Below, in pieces: positions 40,421-53,812 of a stretch of 64,000 nucleotides of DNA. Under the pieces are notes generated by a model. The model worked only from the letters and a program-made list of their open reading frames with translations. It ran no database searches and was not told the DNA's origin. The translations under genes and the position numbers were made by a program. Position 1 is the stretch's first letter. Each line of letters begins with the position of its first letter. The DNA is from Octopus vulgaris (taxonomy: Eukaryota), in assembly GCA_951406725.2 (NCBI GenBank), contig OX597821.1, positions 51,646,001 to 51,710,000 of the forward strand, read 5' to 3'.

Positions 40421-41523
40421 GTCCACTGCGATCCTATGTTTGTCATATAAGCATTGTCACATTCACACGACTGACACTAAGCAGGTTATAGCAATCCTTT
40501 TTTTTTTCATTTATTTTTTCTTGTTTCAACTTCTAATGGACATTTTTGATCATCTGGCTACTGATTTTTATTGATTATCATCTATTAACCTCTGTAAGTT
40601 GTACGCAGCCCTGGTAAACGAATGGAAGTTTTGGAAATATATGACTCCCAGCGGTGAAATAGATATTATTAAGTTTAAAATAAGATTAGTTTAACCAGCA
40701 GACGTGTATTAATAATAATATCTCAACTTTTTAGCTAACTTTATATTTCGATCCCAAACACTAAGTAGATGATATTAACGAAGTTAATTATAAGCAACAC
40801 AAAATTCCACTGCTCCATCTGGCTGTCACCGATTTCACCGAACTAATCTTTGAGGCATTAAACTAAATAAAAAGCAGTTCACTTCAGTATTAATAATTAC
40901 CTCATAAATTTAGTTTAGCATATTAATGTTCATGATAATTACATCGGCAACGAATTAGCATTCCGTCTAATGATTTTCCTGCGTTAGTTGTCTGTTCACA
41001 TCAACAGATAGCTGAGCTTGCTTGTTAGAAGAGAAATGAACGCAAGGTTCTCTTGGACAGCATCTATCATAAATTACATACGTATTCATTAATGAAATAG
41101 TGATAGAATTGTTTCTTTTTTTTTAATTAATAACTCACTGAAGCAATATTGAATATTCCCTACATTATACATTTTGTAAATGTTTATGAGTGGTAAACAC
41201 ATCTTAATTAACATTAATGAGATGACATAGATTAGCTCACTCTACTGGAGTTGAAAGCTGATAAAAGAAAGGAAATTCATTTTAAAAACTAAACACGGAA
41301 ACCATTGTTGTTGTTTTCTCTCAAACATCATTAATTTTATGCTATTCTCATTGTCTTTATTAAGATCAATGAAGTGCTAGTTATATGGATACAAAGTGAA
41401 ATGCGAGAGGAATCTTATGATTCAGCTCTCAAACGTCTACAGATCTACAACACAAAATACATATTTCATCGGGTGAGCTATCTTACTCTAAATCATGTCT
41501 CTAGATTCAGTAAGCATTTAAAT

Positions 41524-41758
41524 CAATGGTTCTCAACCATTTTCTGCCTATATACCTCTTTGATTTCTATTTTGCTCTACTGGACTTCCATGGACATTCG
41601 ATTTGTGTAAAGGAATGTCCTACTATATTTCTATAACTAGGCATTATTTGGAATTGTATTAAAAAAATCAAAATATTTTGGGTACTGTAGAAGTATAACC
41701 AAGTTATTGCAGATAAATTTTAACAAAATCTTATGTGGACCCCGGTTGAGGAACCCTG
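41524..41758. mobile_element. hAT (Charlie-like) MITE
   Basis: TIRs caatggttctcaacc / ggttgaggaaccctg; 8-bp TSD atttaaat / ttttaaat; a related end lies at ~29055-29090. Confidence 0.8.
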
Positions 41759-42934
41759 TTTTAAATAAAGAATTGAATAACTTTGACGTTAATCCATATT
41801 TAGTAGATTTGCAAGTGTTAATCTGTAAGTTTTTCACACTAAGGATGCAGTTTCCAACAACAAACATTTTGGAATATATTCACATTATAAGGTTATCTGA
41901 CAGTAAATAACTTATCTCTTGGAGATATAATTCCTAACAAACATTAATGTTTTCCAAATTATAGTTGTTGTTTTCAAGACCTGGTGGTGTCGTGTCGATT
42001 TCGTTAAGACAAAGGGGAAAAGATATACATAGCAAATCTCCCTCAGCGTAAAATGTGTTGATGTATACAGATTTACTTGCAGATTCTGCAAATTGAATTC
42101 TAATATGTATATGAAAGGACGAGGGAGGAAGTGATTTATTGTCGGAGGGGGCGAGAAAAATAAAATATAGTTATTTTGATGCCTAATGGCTTAGCTTTTC
42201 GACTCGCTGCAAAATACAATTTCAAATAATATTGAAACATTTTTTTGATATAGTTTCACAAATTGATTGCGATGCCTCAACCACATGTAAGAATGTAAAA
42301 GAATTAATGGAAAATACTTTTACTTTTATTTTAGGAATTTCATTACTTATTCATATTTTTTTCTTGTTAGTTTCTGTAATTTCACATTACTTATCAATTG
42401 TTTCGATATAGGAATAAGGTTTTAGGATTTTTAAAAAATGAAATCATAATTACGTTCATGTGTTTCTCTCAAACGAATTATTTACAACTGAAATAAATTG
42501 AAATGTTCTTAAAAGAAGACCAAACCGAAGATGTATCTACTCAGTGCGGTAAAATCTGGAAGCCAAGGAAACGAAAAGTGATTTATATCTTGACGAAAAA
42601 TCAAATCATTGGGAACGCACACATTCCGTTTACACACACATTCCGTTTACACACACATTGGCTCCAGTACTTATTTTCAAGTCTGAGACTTATTCTATAG
42701 GTCTGTTCTGCCAAACCGCTAAGTTACAAGCACATAAACAGATCATCAACGTTTATCAGGTGACAGTGGAGGACACACACATAAACACACACTCTCACAC
42801 ACAATGACAAAAATATTTTTTTAAGTAATTAGCTATTTAAAAAGACATTTCTTTACTCAACAGAATGTCACTAACCATTATGGAAGAAATTTGCATTTGG
42901 TGTGTACTTTATTGTGTATTTAATGTCTGTGAAT

Positions 42935-43260
42935 GCGTATGGCTCAATGGTTACAATGTCGGGCTCACAATCATGGGATAGTGATTTCGATTCCTGGACC
43001 GGGCTGTGTGTTGTGTTCTTGAGCAAGGCACTTCATTTCATGTTGCTCCAATTCACTAAACTGTAGAAATGAGATGCGACATCACTGGTGCCAGGCTGTA
43101 TCGACCTTTGCCTTTCTCTTGGATAACATCAATGGTGTGCAGAGAGGAGGCTTGTATGCATGGGCAACTTCCATAAAGCAACCATGCCCGGAATTTTGCT
43201 TCGGAGGGTAACTTTGTAGGTACAACCCCATGCTCATTCATGACCGAAGGGGGTTACCCC
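42935..43260 (+). mobile_element. tRNA-derived CORE-like SINE
   Basis: tggctcaatggtt (A box), tttcgattcc (B box), gtgttcttgagcaaggcacttcatttcatgttgctccaattcac. Confidence 0.8.
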
Positions 43261-43369
43261 CTTCCTCTTATGTCTAGTATGTATTTTGTGCATAAGCGAC
43301 TTTGCTTTTTAACTCTTCAAACACATGTGTTCCAGGTTAATATATAAAGAGGAAGTTGTTTCCTCTTTT

Positions 43370-44215
43370 ATTTGTAATTGTTATAACTGTTTCCGGTTTA
43401 GTTTCGGTTTTAGGATTTTTATGAAGTGTTCTTTTGTCTTTTGTAGTAGGTCATTTTCATCTTATAATTTGTAAAAGAGGGGCATTTTAAATTGTTGACT
43501 CTTTTAAATATTGACTACAGTACCTTATGTACATAAGTAGTCAATTTCTGTTTGAACTTCGATGCAAGCTGTGATTTTAGTATTTTGTATTCCTCACTTG
43601 TTTTTGTGCAATCATACATGTCTGTTTAGTGATAGCAGTTTTTTATCGCTGGGTTTGTCTTGGCCGTATTTCTTTTCATTCACAGTATCTATGCAGAAAA
43701 AGTTTACTGTGTTGTAAATGCGTGTATTATCTTTTGTGAATTCTGGCCGAGTGATTTTGTTTGGTAGGGTGGCATATTTCTTATCAACAAATGTAACTGG
43801 CTGGCATAACAGTTTTTCTAAAGAAATTTGAGAATGTTGGATATTTCTAAGCTCTATATTTTTTTAACTATTTCATGTAGCCTACCGAGAAGTCTTCTCT
43901 AGACCTTCTGTAGAACTGGACTTGGTTCAGTTCGAAAGTCTACTGGAATTTTTCTCGATAGTTCTGCGATCTGCGATAGCTGTCTCCGGGCTCTTTCGTC
44001 ACCATTGTGTATGAACAGTAATTTTCCACATGATATGTATTTCATTGTTTGATTACTGCTACGGGCTTTTCAGAAACGGTTATTTCTTTACATTTACTCA
44101 AAGCAAATAACCATTTCTTTCACCGTGCTTGCATAAATTGCAAATAATTTAGGGGTTAGTATTCATTATCCGGGAGAAGGAATAGTACTCTATGCCAGCG
44201 TGTCTGTATTCGACG
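43370..44215 (-). pseudogene. Highly decayed Penelope-like element (RT end plus GIY-YIG endonuclease)
   Basis: Minus-strand fragments 'FIKILKPKLN' (GIY-YIG C-terminal FI..xP.LN), 'QKQVRNTKY', and 'GVEYRHAG' (possibly from GLYRDDG); many disruptions. Confidence 0.45.
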
Positions 44216-44249
44216 CCATGATGAATATGTATGCATGTATGTATGTATG

Positions 44250-44365
44250 CATGGATAGATGGATGGATGGATGGATGGATGGATGGATGGATGGATGGAC
44301 GGACGGATGGATGGATGGATGGATGGATGGATGGATGGATGGATGGATGGTTGGATGGATGGATG
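44250..44365. repeat. (GGAT)n microsatellite
   Basis: Seen directly. Confidence 0.95.
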
Positions 44366-44366
44366 T

Positions 44367-45246
44367 CATTATTCAGGTTTATTTCAAGATCTCTTGCCAA
44401 CAGAGAAAGAGTCGGTTTCTAACCTAGATCCATGCCTCCTTCATTGGAATTTCTAATCAACAACAGGGTATTTTTCTTTGTATGTATGTGTTTATATATG
44501 TATGTCTATATGCAACTTTTTATGTTTTGTTTTACGTATGTATCCTCATGTATATAGCTGCATATCTAGACATGGTCATATATATTTAAATGATAAACGT
44601 CTGGAAATTTTAACAGATTTTTCCAGTTCTAGTAATGGACTGAATCTGTAGTCTTCGAATTAGCTTTCTCCTTTCTGGTTTTGAGAAGCCGAATTTCTCA
44701 AGATTGCTATTTAGGCAACTATTACATATTGCCGGGCATCTAATAATTACAGGTATAAACCTGAACTTGTAATTTGGATAGAGTAACTGCAGATTTCTCA
44801 ATAGTTCGGCGTAGAAATTCTCTTTTTCATTGATCTTCAGCTTAAACATCCGCCTGGCAGCTAATTTCCACAACTGTACACAGTTTCTTTCCCATATCTC
44901 AAATCATTATATCAGGTCTATTGTGCTTGCATTTTATTCAGATCTTCACCGTGAGATTCCACCAGTACTCCTTTTTATTATGAGTGGCTATGACTTTTAC
45001 CATACTGTGGGTTCTTATTTCTATATCCTTGGGATTATCCTTCCAACGGATTTCATTATAGAGTGTCCTAGCTACAACAACATGTCTCATCGGTAGATAA
45101 TACCATGATGACATTTTCGGACAACTCCGTATGATGTTAACTCCGCAAAGTCTGTATCGGTTGTCACATTTTACGGCTTTTCCTGCATCTCTATCCCTTT
45201 TGTGCATCAAGTATTTGGTTGATATTTCTTGTTCCTGGATTGCAGT
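44367..45246 (-). mobile_element. 5'-truncated RLE-clade (R4/Dong-like) non-LTR retrotransposon
   Basis: 'AIQEQEISTKYL', zinc-knuckle region 'CDNR(C/Y)RLCG...CPKMS..Y..RH', 'WWN', endonuclease region 'EKENFYAELL..PVII'; 3' UTR shared with the 20256 copy. Confidence 0.9.
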
Positions 45247-45707
45247 GGTTGTTTATGTATGATTATAATTATATATTGATGTATACATCAGAAGAAAAAA
45301 ATTCGCAATTTATTTAGTAGAGTTTATATGCCAGAAGCTGATGGGTTTCTGTTGCTGTTACTCACTGGCTCACCATGTTTTAATTTCCAGTCAACAAAAT
45401 ATCAACCGTAGTGTTGCGAGAGCAACAGAAACCCATCAGCTTCTGGCATATAAACTCTACTAAATAAATTGCGAATTTTTTTCTTCTGATGTACATCAAG
45501 ATATAATTATAATCATACATAAACACCCACTGCAATCCAGGAACAAGAAATATCAACCAAATACTTGATGCACAAAAGGGATAGAGATGCAAGAAAAGCC
45601 GTAAAATGTGACAACCGATGCAGACTTTGCGGAGTTAACATCATACGGAGTTGTCCGAAAATGTCATCATGGTATTATCTACCGATGAGACATGTTGTTG
45701 TGGCTAG
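45068..45707. repeat. Long inverted duplication (~288-bp arms, 64-bp spacer)
   Basis: 45068-45356 versus the reverse complement of 45421-45707, few mismatches. Confidence 0.95.
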
Positions 45708-45711
45708 CTTC

Positions 45712-46190
45712 GCGGTATTTCGTCTGCGTTACGTTGTGAGTTCAAATTCCGCCAAGGTCGACTTTGCCTTTCATCCTTTCGGGGTCGATAAATTAAGTAC
45801 CAGTTACGCACTGGGGTCGATGTAATCAACTTAATACCTATGTCTGTCCTTGTTTGTCCCCTCTGTGTTTAGCCCCTTGTGGGTAATAAAGAAATAAGTA
45901 TAATGGCTAATTCTGGCCTAGAAATTCAGGAACGTAACCTTGCGTAATGAAATAAAAAATATGATGAGGTAGGCGTGGATCTCGTCTTTAATATTATAGC
46001 GGTAAGTAAGGTGGTGAGCTACTAGAATAGTTAGCACATTGAATAACATTTACTTTACATTTTGAGTTCAAATTCCGCCGGGGTCGACTTTGCTTTTCAT
46101 CCTTTCGGGGTAGAAAAAGTAAGTCAAGCGCTGGAGTCAATATGATCGACTAGTCCCTCTCCGCAAATACTCGCTAATAGTAGAAAGTGA
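45712..46190 (+). mobile_element. Two Nin/Deu-like SINE copies (45712-45900, 46010-46190)
   Basis: gagttcaaattccgcc(a/g)..gtcgactttgc.tttcatcctttcgggg in both. Confidence 0.9.
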
Positions 46191-46495
46191 TATTACAGCG
46201 ATTAATCTGGACACTTTGTATTTCAGTATTCAATTTACTAGTTCTTCTTCGTTCGGAAGGCATCTCTAAGTTTGTAAACCAGACATTTTCTACACGGAGA
46301 AATATTTGATATTTACTGAATAAAGCTGATAATTTTGAATAGTATTTTATACCTAATGTGTATTTTTCCCAAAGTAATCTAAAATAATTTTTTGAAACTA
46401 AATTTTATGCTTCAGAAGTGAAAACATATCAATTCCTTGTAATTGCAAGTGACAGATATAATGGATAACTTGGTCCAAATGAAGATATTGTAGTT

Positions 46496-46727
46496 AACTG
46501 ATATCCACTTAAAAGGAAATTTTGAAAGTAAAATATTTCATTTTATTTTTGTATTTTCTTCGGCAAATAGACGCAGGCATGGCTGTGTGGCACAAGATCT
46601 GAAACTATACGGTTGCATAGCGGGCTTTTTAACCACACAGCCATGCCTGTGTCTGTTTGCCGAAGAAAATATGAAAATAAAATGTAATCTTTTACTTTCA
46701 AAATTTCTCTTTAAGTAGATATCAGTT
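46496..46727. repeat. Inverted repeat (~95-bp arms, 42-bp spacer, roughly 90% identical)
   Basis: 46496-46590 versus 46633-46727; inner ends are the SINE A head gcaggcatggctgtgtgg. Confidence 0.9.
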
Positions 46728-46796
46728 TACTGTAACTCCGAATAGATCTATGGCTAGTGAATGAATTAAGTAAACGGGAATTGTATGCATGATTGT

Positions 46797-46847
<51 letters not shown>

Positions 46848-46849
46848 AT

Positions 46850-47037
46850 CAAAGTATCACAGTATCGACAAAAGCATCAGCTGATGTTATAAACACTGGT
46901 TAGAATGTGCTTTTAATTCTCTCTTGATTGCGCCATTGTTTTCCATCGTGACCGTAATTGCTTGACCAGATCGTCTTCCCATCGTCATGGAGGCCTTCCA
47001 AGTGGTCTTTTCCTAGCCCTTGGTTACTACTCGGCCA
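46850..47037 (-). mobile_element. RTE LINE 3' end fragment
   Basis: 'PRARKRPLGRPP*RWEDDLVKQLRSRWKTMAQSRE'; short gatact repeats at the 3' end. Confidence 0.75.
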
Positions 47038-47039
47038 TA

Positions 47040-47095
<56 letters not shown>

Positions 47096-47199
47096 AGCAA
47101 TAGTAAATCTCTCAGCGAGGTATATATACATACATGTATACATAAATACATACATATATATGCGTGTGTGCATGTGTGTGTGCATGTGTGTGTGCATGT

Positions 47200-47676
47200 G
47201 TGTGTGTTTGTCCTCCGAGCACCACTTGACAACCAATGTTTATTGTTTCTTAACGTCCCCGTAACTCAGCTGTTCGGCAATAAACTCCAATAGAATAAAT
47301 ACCAGACTTAAAAGATAAGGGACGTCGGATGCTTTTCGAGTAAAAAACCCCTTTTAGACTTGACTACTTTTATTCTTTCTTTTGTTATTCATGACTATTT
47401 TCTTTTCCTTGACATCGGAACATATCTTTCGTCTTTTACTTGTTTCAGTCATTTGACTGAGGCCATGGTAGGGCAATGCCCTGAAAAACTTATTTTCAAG
47501 TCTGGTACTTATTCTATCGATCTCTTTTGCCGAGCTGCTGAGTTATGGGGACGTAAACAGGTGATCAACGTTTATCAGGTGACTGTGGAAGATGCACACA
47601 CAAACGTTCACACGCTCACACACACACACTAACACAAACACACATAGAAGCAAACACACACACACACATGCATACG

Positions 47677-47728
<52 letters not shown>

Positions 47729-47870
47729 CACGGTCGATTTCTTTGAATTTCTGTCCACCAAATTCACTCACAAGGCCTTGGTCGGATTTATAGCGGTAGA
47801 CACGGAGTGGAACTGAACACGGAACCATGTGTTTTGGAAACTACTTTCTTCCCACAAGGCCACGCCTGTC
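47200..47870. mobile_element. SINE B half (+, 47200-47350) facing a SINE A/B composite (-, 47430-47870)
   Basis: cttgacaacc...cgtccccgtaactcagctgttcggcaa, then cttttacttgtttcagtcatttgactg...cactcacaaggccttggtcgg. Confidence 0.8.
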
Positions 47871-50800
47871 GACATACTAGATTTATGTTTGTTATTTTGC
47901 TATTATTTATATCGAAAATTGTTGTGATACATACATTTATACATTCATGCATGCATAGATACATACATACGTACGTACGTACATACATACATACATACAT
48001 ACATGCATGCATACATACATACATACATATATACATACATACATACATACATACATACATACATACATACATACATACATACATACATACATACAAACGC
48101 TCGCACTTACATGTACAAATACGTTTAACTTGGAGTACAAGTGACAGGGTAAATTTTTTGCGGTATAATCTGCACTCTTCGGATCTCTATTTTTTTCTCA
48201 TCTCACTAAAATAAGAACCAATTATTACTGGAATACCGCACAATAAATATATTACCATCCTATCAGTGGTTTCGTACAATAATAAGAGACCTCAAAGCAG
48301 GGTTGATCTAACAAACCGACGATTAATGATTTTCTAATCAAGAAATATACTTTACCTAAAACTACAAAACTACACTAGGGACAACAAAAATATTTTATTG
48401 TCTGCTACCCAGACAAATGGTATTGTATTAAACTAAATCAAGTATGCTGATTCTGAATCTGAACTCAGAATTCTTGTTTTTTTATATATGCTGTGGTCTG
48501 CCTTCACCCCTATTCGATATTTTGTTTTGATTATTTGGAAACAGAAGGTTCACCTTCATTCAGTCATCAGTGTGTGAAGTATTTTCTCAAAAAATTCTCC
48601 ACGTACCAACTCCTTCACCGAATAGCTGAGCTATGATCCAAAAATAGTGGCATTACAGAATCGTTCTATTTGTCAGAAATAGTAACTACACATGCCTCAA
48701 ATCGCACTATATCTTAAAAAGAAGGCCACATTAAACAAAGTAGTTTCAGATATTGACGAGAAGGAAACATCTATTTAGTAATTCAACCATCTAGAAACTG
48801 CAGTTTCATTTCTCTTCTATGATGCTTTGGAAAATATAGATTTAGACATACTATATTTAAAAGAAAATGCGATGGCTGCAGCAAAAATACCTTTGATCAT
48901 AAGTCTGACCATGAATGGCAGGGAGTTAAACAAATCAACAATACAAATAATTATTAGAAAACTGAATTTCATTATCCATTCCTTTCAAGAATCCGACGAT
49001 TCTCTTCATATTTCTAAAGGAATTCCAATCAACGATATTTGTACCATCACCAACAGCGATAAGAATGGCTTCAACACTGTATGTAAGACGCTAGATTTAG
49101 AATAACGACGACGACATATTTTAATCAAACATATATTTTTATTTAAAAATCATTTATTTATTCTTCATCACAAAATCTATAGATTTGTTATTACTTATTT
49201 ACAGTTTTTTGTTCGTCTCTTGATTAAATATCTGTTCTCAGGTTTTATAATTTCTATAACCTTTTCATTCTATAAATAAAAATAATACGAGGAAGACTTG
49301 TATGACAAAGGTATTTTTACAACATTGTTTCTTAAAAGTTCGCGGCGTAATTTTGCGGGCGTTGGTGAATATATTGATCAATGTAATATGAATCGCAGAT
49401 ATATTATTTCCATTATGAAACGTACACAAGTTTTGAAGATTTATATATTTGAACTGTTTTTACGTGGGATTCTTTGATCAAATTTGAATATCTGTATAAT
49501 TTCTTCAAATATTTTGTTTGTTGCATATTAACGACGCTATTTATTTAGGTAGTAAGAAATATTTGATTTATTTAACTTAAAATAACAAAGGAAATGGTTC
49601 CCCTCCGGTTTCCACAACGTGTACTGTGTTGTTGTTTGAACAACTGATTTATCTATTGATCGAATTTGTTGAGTATTCTATAAAGACGTGTATCTTTAAC
49701 GCAATTCTCAAGCAGAATCAGAACGAGGCACAGTCAACCAAATAATAACATGGGGTTCATATATGGGGTTAATATACTGATCAATGGAAAATGAATCGGA
49801 GACACGTTATTTTAATTTCACGACGTACACCATTTTATAATGTTCCTTTTTTTTTTAAATTTAAATATTTGAAATTTTCCACATTGGATTCTGTCAAAAA
49901 CTGAATTCGACTGAAGAAACAACGAAGCACTTCGGACCACACCAAATCAAGTCTGATTCTTTATAAGTTCCCGCCACCTTCTGTTTCCTATTAAAACATT
50001 CTAAACATAACAGTAGCAAGAATAGCTCTTCACCACTAAACAATTTATAATGTTATTGTCATATATTTTCGTGTTAGCCATGACACAACGGAATTATAAT
50101 CCAATGCGCTCTAACTCCGATAATCCAATAATATTTTAAATAAATACGTATATTGTCAAATGTATCTTTACAATTTTCTAATACAGTAGAATGTAATCTG
50201 AGGAAAATTTAGTCGTTATTTCTAACGAACCAAAGTGACTGCGTAGAGGTTCCCATGTTGACACACTCTTCTCGAAAAGCTTAACTACTCTCTTTCTCTC
50301 TCTACAGTTATTCTCCCATTGCTTCTGTCTCACCCTCTGCGGCTACTCTCTCACCCTTAGCCCTCTTTTGACATTTACTTTTCGCTGCCTTTCTCACTCG
50401 TCTGTCTACGGTTACTCTCACATTGTCTCGCTCATCTCTACAGTTACACTCCCATCATCTCTTTCAGTCTCATTTTCCCTCTCTTCTGGTATCTCTCCTT
50501 TTCATTACCCTTGCATTACAAGTTTTATACCATGGCACAACTTAAAGCGTATCGAATTTAGGTGTACATAAAATGAAAGCTAACTCCAGGAGCATACATC
50601 TAGTATAATGCGCGTGCATGTGTGTGTAGATGTTTAAGTTATATCACTTCTCTGGTGTAACACAGTTCCAGTATAACATAAAATATGTCAATGGAAACTT
50701 TGAAGTGTAATATATTCATATGATGCAGGAATCAGCTGTTTCAGTTAGTGAACTACATTGCACTTAACGTAATTAAATACACTTTAGGTTTTTGTCAGAA

Positions 50801-51094
50801 TTTTGATTGATTACCAAACACTATTCAATCAAGATATGATTTTAGATTAAACAAATGTACCAAAACTGATACATTCCATTCTCAAGTTCTGTTGTAGTGG
50901 GATTGTTTGTTTATTAGTCTTTTGTTGATATGTTTTGTTATAGTTGTTATTTATTTACAAGTCCATGTTCCATCTTCCTGAAACGTGCATTACTGAAATA
51001 GTGTATATCTAAGAAATTCCTCAGAAATATACTGAACAACAGCAGCTACAACTATTTGAAGAAAAGAAAACAACCGTTTTACGTGAATCATTAC

Positions 51095-51229
51095 ATGTTG
51101 TCTTCTATATTTTTTATATTATTTTTACAGTGTGGCTCTACAACCAGCTCGATATCTGGAGATACAATTGCAGCACATCTAAGTGATATGGGAAGCAAGC
51201 AGATGTTTATTCGGACAGGATATTATAAA
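51095..51229 (+). CDS. Candidate coding exon: MLSSIFFILFLQCGSTTSSISGDTIAAHLSDMGSKQMFIRTGYYK (signal-peptide-like start; alternatively a 99-nt internal exon from 51131)
   Basis: Open frame ending at an AA|gtaagc donor in phase 0; either ATG 51095 with a hydrophobic leader or a ttttacag acceptor at 51130; other frames blocked. Confidence 0.5.
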
Positions 51230-51311
51230 GTAAGCTAATGTTGCTTCTTTATTTTATTATTATCTTAGATATAACTCCATCAATCGTTGCTCTCTCACTC
51301 CCCCCTCCTCC

Positions 51312-51372
<61 letters not shown>

Positions 51373-52037
51373 CTAACATATGATCCGTCACTTCTGCGTA
51401 TGCTATTTCTATCATCATTCAACATTATTACATGCCATATTCAGGATATAGAAATATTATTTACATGACATCAGTCTTTCATGTACTCATCCGAACATAA
51501 TTTTGTTCATCTGAACAACATTCATTTATCTGAACATTTGTTTGTTTACTTGAACATACGTTAATTCATATACACAAATGTTGTTTCAAGGTAGAGCTGT
51601 GCCTATAAGTTCTATTCCAGGAATACGTTGAAATACTCCGCATGTTCATAAGATACTGAAATCAACAAATTGCTTTATATTCCCAGCAATTTCTAAGTCC
51701 CTCTGAATGTTTGGTATAAACGACCAATAACAATGTACATAATAGGGATCATGTCAAAGAGAAAGAGACCTTTACATGGTCATTTAACCAGCTAAGACTG
51801 CAGGTAAAACTGCAGACCTCATGACAGCCTACTATCTCTTAAGACTAAAGATAATAAATGAATAAAGTATAATGTAATATTTGCTAAACCTAGAGGCAAG
51901 GGACACGGTTTGGATGGTTTTAGCCTCCAAAATCATGGTTGGCTTTCAACCAAACAATAATGTAAAATGAATAAGAAATAGAGGTCTTAGACTTTAAAGA
52001 CAAGTGTTAGCAATGGATTTGATTACTAGTTCGTATA

Positions 52038-52956
52038 AGGCAGTGACCTGGTAGAATCGTTACTGCGCCGGGCAAAGTGCTTGGTGGCATTTCGTCCCTC
52101 TTTATATTCTGAGTTCAAATTCCGCTGAAGTCGACTTTACTTTTCATCATATCGAGACGACAAAATAAATACCAGTTAAGAACAGGGGTTGACATAATTG
52201 ACTTACCCATTCTTTGAAATTGCTGGCCTTGTGCCAAAGTTTGAAATCATTATCATTAGTTCGTCTTAAGGCGGTGAGTTGGTAGCATTGTGACTACGTC
52301 GGAAAAGTGCTAAGCAGTATTTCTTCCGGCTCTCACCGTTCTGAAGTCGGCATCACCTTATATCCCTTTAGGGACGGTAAGTACCAGTTGATTATGTGGT
52401 CAATATAATCGATTTCGCCTTCTCTCAAAATGGCTAGCCTTGTGAAAATTATTATCATTTCATCTAAATCAGTGAGCTGGTAGACTGGTTACCGCGTCTG
52501 GCAAAATGCTTAGTACAGCACTTATTCTGTCTTTACGTTCTGATGTCAAATTCCGCCAAAGTAGACTTTGCCTTTCTTCCTTTCGAGATTGATAAAATAA
52601 GTACCAGTCAAGCACTAGGGTCAATGTAATCAAACAGCTCCCCACCCACAAAAACAAATTGCAGGCTTTGTCCCTATAATCGAAAGAATTATTATAAGTT
52701 TATGTTTTCTTATCAATTCCAACTAATATAACAGTAATTGTAACGCGGCGAGCTGACAGAAACGTTAGCACGCCGGGCAAAATGCTTACCAGTAATTCGT
52801 TTGTCTTTATGTTCTGAGTTCAAATTCCGCCAAGGTCGACTTTGCCTTTCATCATTTCGAAGTCGATAAATTAAGTAACAGCTGCGTACTCGGGTCGATC
52901 TAACCGACTGGCTCCCTCCCCCAAAATTTCGGCCCTTGTGCCTAGAGTAGAAAAAG
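52038..52956 (+). mobile_element. Cluster of four head-to-tail Nin/Deu-like SINEs
   Basis: Heads at ~52038, 52268, 52470, 52743; last copy flanked by atataaca(g/t)taattgt. Confidence 0.9.
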
Positions 52957-53485
52957 ATATAACATTAATTGTTAGAAAGCGTTATTTTAAGAAGTACATT
53001 TTTTTTTCGCTCCGAGGGGAATATTTTGACGTTTTCTATTCTAGACATTGCTATAACCAGAACCAAATCTTCTGTTACTAAGCTGTCATTCCAAATCAAA
53101 TTATCCTAAGAAAGATAAAAATATTATTTCCTTTGCCCATCAAACTCTACGATATTTCTATTTTCAATTACACTTTTTTATCAAAATCAGAAAAATATTT
53201 TGTCATCAGTCTGTAACTGAACAATAACATCTTTCAAAGACATTCTCATAAAGCTAAGTTAATATACAATTTCTGTCATTCAGCGTCTAGTGACCTTCCT
53301 ATTTTCTCATTACATTTTCTTTTTTATCCTTTGCTCATATAACAAATTGTAAACATCATACAACTTCTCCAAATGCACTTATTATTTGGTTCAATCCATT
53401 CCAAAATAGACGTACCAGACACAAGTACATAGCAAATATCAAAACCCCAAAAACAATTAGGATGTATATGTATCCGCGCAATAGA

Positions 53486-53516
<31 letters not shown>

Positions 53517-53574
53517 AATCGATCAAACTATCGATCTATCTGTCTAGCTAAACCATCTCTCGCTTTCCCTCTCT

Positions 53575-53618
<44 letters not shown>

Positions 53619-53812
53619 ACACAAGGGAAAAGACACAGAGACAGAGAAATTGGTGCTGAATTGAACTTTGCTGTGCGACGGTTAAATGAACCATCAGCCG
53701 GCACTTAATATTTCATCCAACAAAAATTTCGCAGGAAATTTTATTTACTCTCAGTACTGATTCCCCTAGTCAGCATTTGTTTGCTATTTTATTCCATTCA
53801 AATTTGTTTGCT

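Noticed and set aside
52038-52956. CRISPR-like regularly spaced repeats
   Set aside because: Units are ~220-bp diverged SINEs in eukaryotic DNA; no short identical repeats or cas genes
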